64,000 nucleotides of DNA, taken from Albugo candida. Lineage: Eukaryota. The notes below the pieces were generated by a model. The model saw nothing but the letters and a program-made list of their open reading frames with translations. It was not told the origin of the DNA and made no database searches. How positions within the stretch are numbered: the first letter of the stretch is position 1; the number at the start of each line of letters is the position of its first letter. Shown one piece after another: positions 24,228-37,500 of the stretch. A program made the position numbers and the translations under genes. Location: contig JBDOQK010000055.1 of the NCBI GenBank assembly GCA_040437565.1, forward strand, positions 62,001 through 126,000, written 5' to 3'.

Positions 24228-27200
24228 AAGTGTTGGTGAGCTTATCAAATTGTAAATTGAAGAAATATCGACAGGATTGGTGAATTTGCACACTACATTC
24301 CATATGTAGGCTGTAAAAGCTGGTCCAAATACAATGTGTAACCTAGTAATCCTAGTCGGGATTCTACAATGTAAAATCTCATATATATCACGGATAAACC
24401 TGAAAATTTAATACCTGCTGCTGCACATGATAGCTATTATGATAATGCCGTAATCTCTTTCGAGTGCGTTGCTAACTTTAAATGACAGTATGAAGCGAAT
24501 TCGATATTCGGCCAAGTCGACATTTGATGAGTCGAAAATCTCGGTAGGAATCCTCATGCAGTTCCATCCGAATACCACCCATAATCACAGCAGAAATCCA
24601 ATCGCCGGGTCACAAAGATGCTACACATTTTGATGCTTCTATGGATGGAGAGGAACATTTGACTGAACGTTTTGTATGTGTAGAATATCGCAATTCGCGT
24701 CTTCAAGTGGTCTCATATACATACTGATGTTTTACAATTCGGCGCATGTAAAATCAGATCGTACGCCGGGAGCATGTGAATGTTAGACGATAAGAGTGCA
24801 CTATTTTTTAATATTGGGATAAACATGAAATAAGGTCACAAGCACAAGGAAGAAGCATTGACTTGATAGGAACGATCAAATAAAGAGTGAGGTATTTTCT
24901 CGAGAGTAATATGAGTTTGCGTGTTAGCGAGGAAGCTACCTCGCGGAACATCAACACCATTTGTTAGCTTGTATACTTTTCTGAAGACCAAACCATTACG
25001 GCGAGCACCTCCGTATCTTTATTGAGAGCATCACGTGAGGCTCATTGTACGCAGAAAATCTACGTACGGCTCAGAAGATGGTGATGGCGAAAGTGGGAAT
25101 ATTAGGTCAACGGTAGTGTGCACGTTCTCGAAGGAATGATTCTTGTGATTTACGATGGGAATTACGCTGTACAGATAGCGTGGGGAAGCTTCAAACAAGA
25201 TAAAAGGGAACAAATGACTGACCCAGGAGGACATCTATTTTGAACAAAGATATCGGAATTGATCACAATAAATACTCCAGTGCTATGCGAACACTCCTCA
25301 GTACATGCCTCACACCATGATGCGCTATCTCCGGACGCTCCAAGTTTGCATCTCTCATATGGATAAGATCGGAGATTTCAGGCACATATCGCATGCCTAC
25401 CTTTTGTGCATTGGATGATCTATTGATCAAGTACAGTCTTATGTCACTATCTGGTGTCTTGTAAGATTCCGTTGACTTTAATGGGGAAGGTAGCCTTATT
25501 CAAATATTATCAACGCGTCCCTGGACGATAGAAACCTTGGAAAGCTTGTGTTGGAGGATCTTCCAAATTCAGCAACTTGTTACGTTCCATCAGAGGCGCT
25601 CTCATCCTCTCTTTGATCTGTATATCAACGTCAACTGGCCATTCAAGTCATCACTGTTTGCTATCCTCCGCGATAGAATCCTGCATAAGGTCTTGTTGCC
25701 ATCATGTATGGTCTTGCCTGTAGAAAACAGTCTACGTCTACTGTACACAATCCTTAAAAGTTTGTCTCGCTAGGTTTCCGCGGTGAAGTGGCTTTAGTCA
25801 TTAGGCTTCTCAACCAGATCGCGTTAATGATCGGAATAAGCAGCAATTCGAGGCAGCCATGGAAAGTGGTTTGTAAGTGCAGTTGATTGAAAACCCATCA
25901 TGCATAAATATGTATGTTTGATATTCTTCACACGTACCAAGTAAAAGCGCTGGTTTGTCATATCTGCTCGGCGCAGGAGTTAGGAGTATTTTTTTGTCAA
26001 GTAAAATCCCGCCTAACCCCCTTCTCGCCTGTGTAGCCTTCGGACAACTACACATTCTTCAGCCACCACAAGTNNNNNNNNNNNNNNNNNNNNNNNNNNN
26101 NNNNNNNNNNNNNNNNNNNNNNNNNNNNNNNNNNNNNNNNNNNNNNNNNNNNNNNNNNNNNNNNNNNNNNNNNGATCAAGTACAGTCTTATGTCACTATC
26201 TGGTGTCTTGTAAGATTCCGTTGACTTTAATGGGGAAGGTAGCCTTATTCAAATATTATCAACGCGTCCCTGGACGATAGAAACCTTGGAAAGCTTGTGT
26301 TGGAGGATCTTCCAAATTCAGCAACTTGTTACGTTCCATCAGAGGCGCTCTCATCCTCTCTTTGATCTGTATATCAACGTCAACTGGCCATTCAAGTCAT
26401 CACTGTTTGCTATCCTCCGCGATAGAATCCTGCATAAGGTCTTGTTGCCATCATGTATGGTCTTGCCTGTAGAAAACAGTCTACGTCTACTGTACACAAT
26501 CCTTAAAAGTTTGTCTCGCTAGGTTTCCGCGGTGAAGTGGCTTTAGTCATTAGGCTTCTCAACCAGATCGCGTTAATGATCGGAATAAGCAGCAATTCGA
26601 GGCAGCCATGGAAAGTGGTTTGTAAGTGCAGTTGATTGAAAACCCATCATGCATAAATATGTATGTTTGATATTCTTCACACGTACCAAGTAAAAGCGCT
26701 GGTTTGTCATATCTGCTCGGCGCAGGAGTTAGGAGTATTTTTTTGTCAAGTAAAATCCCGCCTAACCCCCTTCTCGCCTGTGTAGCCTTCGGACAACTAC
26801 ACATTCTTCAGCCACCACAAGTCCGCACTTGCTATGAAGCATCAAAGACTCACCAGAGGAGGAAAAATGCGTTTATTTTGGCAACGTTTATAATCTAGAT
26901 GAAAGAAAAAGATCGACACAATGAGATTAAGAGGCTTCAGGCACGTATTTTGGAAGGAAAGTGAAGGTTTGGATCATGAGAAGAAGCACACGACAAGCGC
27001 GTAATTACTTTGGATTTACTAGTTCATGCCGATGAAAAGATTGTGGTACAGAATGAGCAAGAGATAGGTTCGGATTTAATTGCCTAATGATACATTTGAT
27101 TGCTCAGTACATATTTCTCAAGCGTCAAGCACGTTATGAGGCTCCAATCTCACATTGATTTTCAATCAAATGAAGATAATCGTAGGTTCACTGAGCGACA

Positions 27201-27938
27201 CCATTGTAATGCTCTTAAATGATCATGCAGCAAATATGTCTCTAACAAAAGTAATTGTGGCTTTTGATGCGGCTTAATTTGGCGGTCCCAGTATGAGCTT
27301 ATTAACCTTCCAGCATAATATCTACATCCTCATACACATGTAGCGAGAATCAGCTGCAACAACGATGCAAAATGATTATACTAATTATGCCGTCAATATT
27401 TTCCATCGTTCCCTACTTTCAGTCACGATCAGGCCGAATAGGTAGAATAGCTTGCTATTCTGAGGTAGCGCAGACTGTTATAATCGTGTGTGCAAATGCA
27501 TGGATTACGCTAAACGATTAAAGCCATGCCTTCAAGATTCCTGTTACTGGTAACGAGAAGGTGGATTCATTCAAATAGGATCATTAACGTGTAGAAATGG
27601 TAGGACGTTGGAAAATGATGGATATTGTCCACACTTGAATCATTCACGAGATAGTGGACGAATGCTGTATATAAAGAGAAAAAGCTATGTGTTGTGCAGA
27701 GTCTGGCAGTCATATTCGCGTAATAGTAAGACAGATGGATACACCGTAGTGTCAAGAAAATGATACTGCATTTCTATCTGCTAGCCAGTGTTTCAGCCAA
27801 GGGCTTTCAGAAGCTTGGATTGCTATGGAGCGTCTTTTACGTGTAGAAAAGTCATAAAAGTGGCACTGAAAGGTAGAATGTATTTAAAAGGAAAATGAGA
27901 GACATGAAGAGATAGCGGACTAACGCCTTACCGATATA

Positions 27939-28391
27939 TCAGGTATGCTTGAGACGCTGACTGCATGAGGATAAGATATAAAATACTACTTGTCCAAATG
28001 GGTCATTTTTGAATTTCTCTTTGTATTGCTTTGCCGTGTAAATTCTACCATCAATTATCACCGCGACATCAGAGAGGAATCTAAAGGTATTCCCAAAGTA
28101 TGTAGAGATCATGGTGGTATGATGTGCATTGCTGCCTCCATAAACTGTCTTGAATTTTTGAACAGTTTTGCTAAAATACTCTGGACAACTTTTATCCATG
28201 TACTTATCACAGTAATTGAATCTGTAAAAAATTTCGTCAGGGGTACTGGTTATGGTTGCTTTATCTTTATCCTCCAAGAAATTATTGCAATTAATGTCGA
28301 TAAGGTTTCTTGAAACATTGCTTTCTTCTATCTCGGAGTTGAAAGAACCGAGAATGGACAGAAGTAAGGTGAACAGCAATGCACTGGCCAT
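27939..28391 (-). CDS. Small secreted Cys-containing protein, family member 4 (candidate effector)
   Basis: 150 aa. Signal-like MASALLFTLLLSILGS; INC...NYC...KSC; C-terminal YTAKQY...GQVVFYILSSCSQ. Confidence 0.8.
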   Translation of the reverse strand: MASALLFTLLLSILGSFNSEIEESNVSRNLIDINCNNFLEDKDKATITSTPDEIFYRFNYCDKYMDKSCPEYFSKTVQKFKTVYGGSNAHHTTMISTYFGNTFRFLSDVAVIIDGRIYTAKQYKEKFKNDPFGQVVFYILSSCSQRLKHT

Positions 28392-28414
28392 TTAAGATGT
28401 TGGTGAGGTTGGAT

Positions 28415-28428
28415 AAATTGAAGAATGA
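28415..28428 (-). promoter_or_regulatory. Oomycete Inr+FPR element of secreted-protein gene 4
   Basis: Minus-strand TCATTCTTCAATTT, 23 nt before the ATG at 28391. The leader CTCACCAACA is shared with gene 3. Confidence 0.6.
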
Positions 28429-31400
28429 ACATGTTGCGCAAAACAAACCTGACTCTTTGTAGAGGCACTACTTTGGGAAAATTCTCTGAGAACATTTTTC
28501 CATGTGAAACTAGCCTCGTGGCGCTTACGAAAAGCATCCGACGCGTATAAGCGATCGTATTTTTCGTGATGTGGAAGGTATCGTTTGCGCAAAACAATCC
28601 TGAATCTATGTAGAGGCACTGCATCTGGGAGAATTCTTTGAGAACATTCAGGAAACTTGCAAATGATGACTCACGTAAACTACAAATATGAGTCATGTTA
28701 CTAATGCAAGTAATGCCGGTAACACTACATCAAGAATAGTTGGAATAAGGCTTAGATTAGCTAATAGTGAACTAAGGACGTTAACATTAATATCACTTCT
28801 ATATTTTCTTCTTTCGACACAAGCTCTATCAGTATCAAATTCTACATTTCCAACTCGTATAGAGAAACTTTGAAACAGCTGTTCCTCTATCACTCAATCA
28901 AGATTTTTCAAGCATCTTCTCACATACGTAGCGATAAAATCTCGAACGCATGCGTACTGAGACTATGTTACATATGACAACTTAGAGGTATTTATTCGTG
29001 TGCCCTAATGGCACAGAAAATGTATTTATGATACCGTGCCTATATTTGCACATTTCTTCGATGTGAATTTCTCAATAGCTGTTGCAGCTGTATGCATGCA
29101 ATCCTATTCACCTCTCTCTTTCTTTGACGGTTACTCGACGATGAAACAGACACTGAGGACATGAACAACTTGTGCTTCCATCAAGAAAAAAAAATCTTTC
29201 TACTCATTACTCATATCGAATTAGACAGTATATAATGGTTGATGTATGCCGCTCCCATTTCATTAAGGACAGTTAATTGATCCGAGCTGCATCATTTCTC
29301 CAAGGGTATCTTGGTGTGCAGGTAGTTAAGTGATTAGGCTTCGTGGCATTGGATTGTTACATTGGGTAAGGAGGATCTCTCAAACATACAGCACTAAAAA
29401 AGGTTAGTAGAGGTTGATTCATGCAGACGCTTCTGCACTTGAAGCTTACTTTATATTGGAGTATTTGAATTCACATTTTCAGCGTATTATTTGTTCATTT
29501 TACAAATCCACAGGCTCAACAACGTCTCAATGGTCGCTACAAGATCTCTTTCCCTACTGCTCACGACATCCATGTTTATAAAAACATGGACGGACAATAG
29601 ACATTTGGCTACGACGTTTTCTGCTGGTACCATGATCAGAATTTGAGATATGTCAAAGGTAGCAAAGCTGCCAAATTTAGTAATTTTATTTGCACAATCA
29701 ACTCTGATTTGGATTTTCTTGCGACACAGCAACAAAAATAGAAATATTTGTCGGCATAAGCAATTAAGAGAAGTACGCATCAGTCTTCGGCTATGTACAC
29801 TAGAATGCATTGGATTCACCGCATACTCGGAAAATATTTTCTTGGTAAGTTCAAGTTATCAAATCAAACTGTCCGACAACGTATGCAATCTATAAAGTGC
29901 CGCTGTCAAAGGTATATTGACAGATGATGTCGATAAAGTGGCGTTTTATATCATATCCATCTGCACCCTACGATTACGAAACCTTTGAAACATGTATGAG
30001 TGAGATGCATGTTGCCTATCTTCTGCAACCCTCTATTGATAAATACATTTCGCCTGTAATTTGATGAACTCTTTTGTTCCAATTTTACGAAGCAAGACCT
30101 CTCAATCATCCTCAGACATGTTTTGCTAGTGATGCTTGTTGACAATGCTCGCAAATTTAAAATATCCCACTAGTCCGTCATTGGAAAAGCTGTTATATAT
30201 ATGCTGAATGTTTAATTGTTCCTGCATCACAATCAGCCTATTCAGGCGAATCCATCATCATGTTTTCTGGAAATTAAGAGTATTGAGTACTGAGCTTATG
30301 CACAGAGAACAGCATCAAGTTGTCACACTGCTAAATGAGCTAGCTGACGTTACCGTTCTGCTGCGGATAAAGAAATCCAATCATCCACTCAAAAAATTAT
30401 GAAGTATTGGACCCAAGTGCTACGACACTGCATGTTGGCGCATAGCACATCAGTCTCGAGAATAAACATGCGGGAAGTGTACTCCTTATATAATGGGCGA
30501 CACACATCAAATAAACGTGCAAAGATTGGTGATCGAAATGATTGAAGACAGTAGCGATATCTTTCGACAATTTATTTAGCCCTCAATTTTGCAGCGAGAT
30601 AGATCAGTGCAGGCTGTATCAATCCACGATATTTCTATCGCTTCAAAGCGGCAGGAAAATAACTGCTATTACTCACTCATGTAAGATACAGGATCGATGA
30701 TAAACTGGTAACTTTTTTAGATTATTTACTTTATTTACTCCTTGATACTTTTCCAATATCCTGCACGAAACGGGGAACCAAAACTCTTCCACGCGTATCG
30801 TGAGCAACGTAGTCCCATCCGCCAAACCAGATGTACACCTTTGACAGGCGAATTATCGAGCAGAATAGCACGTGGGTAGGGTCCGTCAACCTTCCAATCG
30901 GATAGCCAGTTTAGACTTAGACTGCAACACTGCTTGTAGACTGACTACGAAAGAGGACGCACAATTCGGAATCTCTGTGCGTTTAAAAGTCATATACTAC
31001 TCTGTGCACTTCGGTTACTCCAGTTTGTATTGCAGTAAATTTATGAACCTCATTAACACGCGCTAGAAATGAAATAACAATACCCACACTTGAGTTCGCA
31101 ATGCGATCAAGTATCAGCATCCCAAAATCAGGTTAGAGAAATGCTCATGTAGATCAAAGCCGGATAAAGGCAGTGAAGAGGTTGACATGTTAAAATAACG
31201 AAGGTTCGCTGACAGTGTATCCTCAGGCTAGCTGCAGGACTGAAAACCTTCATCTAGTATGAGTATGGAGGTCCTAGATCATCCCATAATGAAGAGGACG
31301 ATAAGATGGTGGATCCCTGTCATAAGGATCAAGGGCTAAACTGATTTTAGCATATCCCGTCAACCAACAATAATGGTCTCATTATATAACTTGCTTGCTT

Positions 31401-34400
31401 CAATTTTCGTCCTCATTACTTTTACCGCGGACCACGTTAAAAGCGTGGATACTATTATACTTATCCAAGCCTTCTCGATTCTTGACACAGAGAGATCCAT
31501 GGAGAGGTAAGAAAAGCAGCTATAATTCTTGCAGACGGCAATTTGATCTCAGATGATATTTGAACTTTCTATAGTCACAGGTTTGTTCAAAGGCGCGAAA
31601 AAATATCTTGGTACTGGTTTCTATGAGCGACTTTGCTCGATTCTTGACTGTACCGCGTCTTATATAATGAGACACGTAGAAAGCCGATAGCTTATCAGCA
31701 CCAAGTTCGGCTGTACATGTCACCGATAGGGTGCTTTTTGTTAGCTAGCAACTCTGAGGTAATCCGCGATGGGATCGAATGTTGATATTTTCCTCTTCTT
31801 TGCGCATCCTCGATCATCGTGCAAGCACATTACTACTTACACCCTAAACAAGACATTACAAATGTTACAAAGACTATCCTATTCGTTCACTCTGCAACTT
31901 TTCAACTATAGTCGTATTTTAGAGACGAGAGAAAGTTCATGACCCCTTAGTATGAATCGATTGCTAAAAACGAAAGAATTTTTTTTTCCATGTACGGTAT
32001 GCCAAAGTATTCATTGAACCTCACTCAGTTCCCGATGATGCATTTTAGCGTTTTGTGGATGTCTCACATCCAAAAATCACATTTCGGCAATGACAAAAGT
32101 TTACAAAAACCAGGTCATTCTATCAGAATGAAAGAGGTCTAGATGGATCAGTTCCTATGTACAATGATATTGCAGGACGTAAAGTGATCAGGGAAGAAAT
32201 GTCACGAAGCAGTCGAACGACTNNNNNNNNNNNNNNNNNNNNNNNNNNNNNNNNNNNNNNNNNNNNNNNNNNNNNNNNNNNNNNNNNNNNNNNNNNNNNN
32301 NNNNNNNNNNNNNNNNNNNNNNGGTGCTTTTTGTTAGCTAGCAACTCTGAGGTAATCCGCGATGGGATCGAATGTTGATATTTTCCTCTTCTTTGCGCAT
32401 CCTCGATCATCGTGCAAGCACATTACTACTTACACCCTAAACAAGACATTACAAATGTTACAAAGACTATCCTATTCGTTCACTCTGCAACTTTTCAACT
32501 ATAGTCGTATTTTAGAGACGAGAGAAAGTTCATGACCCCTTAGTATGAATCGATTGCTAAAAACGAAAGAATTTTTTTTTCCATGTACGGTATGCCAAAG
32601 TATTCATTGAACCTCACTCAGTTCCCGATGATGCATTTTAGCGTTTTGTGGATGTCTCACATCCAAAAATCACATTTCGGCAATGACAAAAGTTTACAAA
32701 AACCAGGTCATTCTATCAGAATGAAAGAGGTCTAGATGGATCAGTTCCTATGTACAATGATATTGCAGGACGTAAAGTGATCAGGGAAGAAATGTCACGA
32801 AGCAGTCGAACGACTGGAGAGCGTAGTATCAGGCTACACACTTTTCCACCTGCTTGTGCGATATTGTTAAGAAATCATATTAAGCTGCTTTAAATGCTCT
32901 TAATGGCTGCAAACGGTGCATTCTAAGTTGGTAATACTTCACATTGTAAAAGTAGTAGAATATGTCATTTTGAAATGTATGATCTGTCTATGCAAATGTC
33001 TTTTTATCTCTATGTGCCAAACCAATTCTCGAAAGCGCAGCCGTTTCTCTAGTTGGGTTTTCATACGCTGCTGCAAGATGATGGATGATTCTTGTTTATA
33101 TCAACCCATATCGATCTTTCGACATTTTAATATTTTCATCAGATTACTGCGTGAATAAGCTTATGCCATCGAAGAGAATGCAATTAGTAAGGCTGATACA
33201 GTGTAGCACTTCTAGTATACATGCCTAAGTACGTAGCGGATCATGATTTCTATCGTGCGTTCTTTTAACTGTAGGAACAGATATTTGGGGCTAGCAGTAA
33301 AAAAAAGTCAGAATAACAAGCAATTTATAGCATCATGGTACGATATCATGAGGTTTTCATATTTTGTATTTTTATAGCATCGCGATTCTGCTGTAGGTCC
33401 AGACAACTGGAAGGATAAGACGCATCAACAAATTCGTAGTGGTCAACTTGATCTGTGACTGGTGACTTTGTCTGGTATACCATTAAAGAGCGACTTCATC
33501 GGTAAACGGTGATTGAGGCCCTTTATAGTATATAATTGTGTGCTTGTCACGTATTCGATTGCTGACCTTTCAGTGAATAATCGGTAAGCACATCGTAATT
33601 TCTTGCCGTTAATCATCTGACATTTTTACAACAAGCATCCACAGGGTGATCACACACCTGAATATCGATTGATTTCTATGCTCGTCGTTATCGAGAATGG
33701 ATTGCGTCAAGCCTTCACAATTCTGTTGACTACCCTGCAATCGACTGGTCTGAGAACTTTAGAAATCGACTTTACCCCATTCAAGTGTCAAATGACCAAA
33801 CGAATGCCACCTACATTCATAAGTGCAAGTGGTATATCTATTCCTCCGCTTATATTGGTGACCGAGAGGTCTTTTCGTTCGTAGAAACTTTCCAGACAGT
33901 TTATCATGACCTATTCGTGACATATTTTAGGGAACCGTAGCGATTCCACATTTATACGCTCAAACAAATGTTCTGTTATATTTGCGGCGATAAAGGTCAC
34001 ATGTATCACACCGCCACGTATGAGAGACTATCTAAAGACATTTCTGTTGTTTCTGTCAATCATTGGCTTGAATATAAAATCGCGGGAAACTCTATCAGCA
34101 AAATGCTTTGCATCAAACTAAATGTGCGGATTGCATAGTAGCCGGCAAATTTAGAAAACTACATGAAAGCCCATTTGGTAGCATACAACTCGCACGCTAC
34201 GAGATAGCGTATCTTTTCAAATCAATTCATACGCTCCAACGGAACCATATCATTCTTCCAAAGACTGGTGGATACGATGCAAAGCTTTTCTGTACTTTTA
34301 TTGTGAGCTATTAACTTGTACCCAAATCGTGGTACACGTAGCTATTTCGACGTAGAAAGGATGAATGAGACTATTTGTGCCGAAAAGCTAGCGATTCTGT

Positions 34401-34546
34401 GGAGCATCGACGCCCGTTCTCTTCTCGTCCAATTCCTATCTCTTGGCACACACTACTCCGTCACTTTTCACGCTCCATTCGTCTCCAATGATCCCTTAAA
34501 GACGCCAAACTTTCTAAACATTTTCGGCCTGGAGCTTTCGTCCGTA

Positions 34547-37500
34547 ATGAACTCAAATTTGATCAAAGTGAAGCGAGCAAAAGCAAATCCCATTGCAGAC
34601 ACCTTCCTCAACGTGAAACACACTGATTCAAATGGAAATGAGAAGAATTTGCCTTCAGAATCGAACGAAATGAGCATTTCAGAAAATGACTTTTGCATAG
34701 GTATCGACTCTCACGACCTCATTTGGTTCCCTCTGTCCCGCAAAAGCTGTGAAAAGCAGATTCTGAAGCAGATAGAGCGAGAAAGAAAGTCTGTGACGCT
34801 CCATTTTGTCCATTTGGATAGCTCTCGAGCTCTCAGGCCTTTTGATGCGACAACGATCACACAAAGCCACGGGTTCATTATTGATGTGTTAAACCAAGTC
34901 TGTGCATCTCAGCAGCAGTTATTGGATCGATACAGAGCCTTCACAGAGAAACGAAAAGTCTATCGGATGCTTCAGAAAGAGAAGAAAATGATGTATTACG
35001 TGCATGTGAAGACGCAGAATATGCGCTACGCACTGGAAAGGGATTCAGAGTACCTACAAGCCATTCGATTCCAGACGTGGTATGAGCATTTTATGAAGGG
35101 AGACGATCACGTTTCGGAGCCCAAAAGCCCCCAGTCACAAACTGCACAGATGAAAAAGCCCCAAACTCCCGAGTCTCCGGACGTAAGATCGCTCCGAAAT
35201 CAGTCGTACGAGCGCATTCTCAACGCATTAGATCTCAATTGGATCTATCAATTCTTCTTGAAAATCGATCTCAAATGGCTCCCTAAAGCCGAAATGTTTA
35301 TCGTCACATTTCTTCGCGCTCTAATGACCAGTTTTGACCAAGATGTAGCCGAACCAACGCCCACAGAGCAGCACACATTACAGATATTCAATACAAGTCG
35401 AGACATTGTCGTAGCTTTGATCAAAATGTACCTTAACAAACGAAAAGTGGAAGGAATCACCGATCATACGACACTGTACAAGCGATTTGCACAGCATGCG
35501 CGTATGTTACGCAGTAATTTGAAGATTGCTGAGAATAAACAGCTTCGTGACGATGTTTTGTCCAAAGTATTGCCGGAAATGCGGCTATGTGAGATGTCAA
35601 GTGAGGAATTAGCTCCTGAAGTGCTTCAGAAAGAGCGTCAGCGATTATACCAACTGCACGTCCAGCACTCTATGATTAAGAATCCCATCGGGAAGGCTCT
35701 GGTGAAGACGAAACACGGGTACAAAGAAGTCGATTTCGGCGGAAGCGAAGAATTGACTCACGAGCCTGTCAGCACACAAATTCAACCGATTACTCCAAAG
35801 CCTATTGACATGCAGGATGCTCCAAATGTGGAAGCTTGGGGTCTGAGTGTGGCAGCTGTCGACACAAACGGTCTCGAGCCTGTGCGTCCTCTTCCGAGTC
35901 ATTCGCCCAGGGTCTTGGACAAGGGTATGAAAAGCCTGCATCTCGATACTTGCCTTCCATCTCCAGCGGCAGGCGTCAAGCCGACGAACCGTACAACCTC
36001 GAAACGCGTTAGTTTCTCGGCTGTGGTTACCAATACGCTTCGATTCAATCGCAATGACGCTCCAAATTTGATTGAAAAACACAATCCGCAAGCAACTGCC
36101 CCAACGACTCCTTCAGGCGTGTCCTCTGACATTTCTGTCGCGGACGCTCGAGTTTTCGTACGGATTTTATTCGACGGAAGCTACGATTTTTACGCGAGAT
36201 TGACGGAATTCAAGACCTTAGTAACAAGCGGAATGCTGCATCGAATCGGCCAGGAACTCGACATGACAGAAAATATAAAGGTACGTCGTTTCTGTGAGAA
36301 TGTGTGAGTCTCATTCTCAATGGATGCAGCTGTATCGAGAGTGTCATTTCAATCGACCGGAGAGAAAGTATGACGTAAGGCTCCGTTTGGCACATTTGTA
36401 CGGCGAGGCCGACCACATGACAGAGCTACAGGCTCATCTTTTAGCAGCGAATGCCATTGAAAAATCACTTTTGACATTCAAACGACTGCTTCACGATGTC
36501 CTTCACGACCTCAAACGCATGTTTCCATCGCTTACAAAGTCGGATTCAGGCCCCGAGCAAGTAGAGAGTCAGCTGAATGCATTCAAGCATCTCTCAAGTC
36601 GAAAGATTGCCAAGGTCGGATTCTTCACCTGTTACGTTGATTGTAATGACGTATCTCTTCTCAAGGTGTCGGTGCTACCCGTTCATGGAAGCGAGCCTCT
36701 CTCTCGTCATCGATTCCAAGGTCGTGTGGCTGTCGACTCATTAGTCCTCGCGTATGCTTGTCGTGAGACGATCGCAGAGACGCGGAATGCAGCGATCGTC
36801 GAAGCGATGGATTTATTTGTCGACATTCTACAAGCAATCGAAGGTAAAGCGCAGGCTCAGGCACAGGCTTCAGCGTCGATAAAGCCGGAAGCGGAGTGGA
36901 GACATCAAGACAGCTCCATGCCCGCGTATGAGTATGAAGATGAGCCGATGGGATCACCTTTGAAGACGGAAACGTACCCGAGAGATCGATTTCGAATGCA
37001 ACAGCGAAAACGCTCTTATGAGTCTCAAAATGGCCACACAGAGCCTCTACCATATCGTCGTCGTCTTGAGGATTCNNNNNNNNNNNNNNNNNNNNNNNNN
37101 NNNNNNNNNNNNNNNNNNNNNNNNNNNNNNNNNNNNNNNNNNNNNNNNNNNNNNNNNNNNNNNNNNNNNNNNNNNGATAAAGCCGGAAGCGGAGTGGAGA
37201 CATCAAGACAGCTCCATGCCCGCGTATGAGTATGAAGATGATCCGATGGGATCACCTTTGAAGACGGAAACGTACCCGAGAGATCGATTTCGAATGCAAC
37301 AGCGAAAACGCTCTTATGAGTCTCAAAATGGCCACACAGAGCCTCTACCATATCGTCGTCGTCTTGAGGATTCCACGCCGGAGGATCGAATGCTCACGAA
37401 GCGAAAGCCTTCAACTCCGTTCTTTGTTGTCGATCGAATTGGTCAGAACGAGAAACGCACCATTCCTGCGTCCTTCACTGCGGATGAGAAGATGAGAATG

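Noticed and set aside
25427-26822. Apparent ~650-bp direct repeat (similar cases at the gaps near 9.9, 32.3, 37.1, 41.4, 42.5, 45.3, 47.0 and 62.0 kb)
   Set aside because: Each pair flanks a 100-N gap and is identical or differs by 1-2 SNPs (e.g. GATGAGCCG/GATGATCCG). These are unmerged contig overlaps or haplotypes, not tandem duplications.
31520-31723. Short Cys-containing ORF as an eighth family member
   Set aside because: No signal peptide, no C-terminal motif and no shared promoter words.
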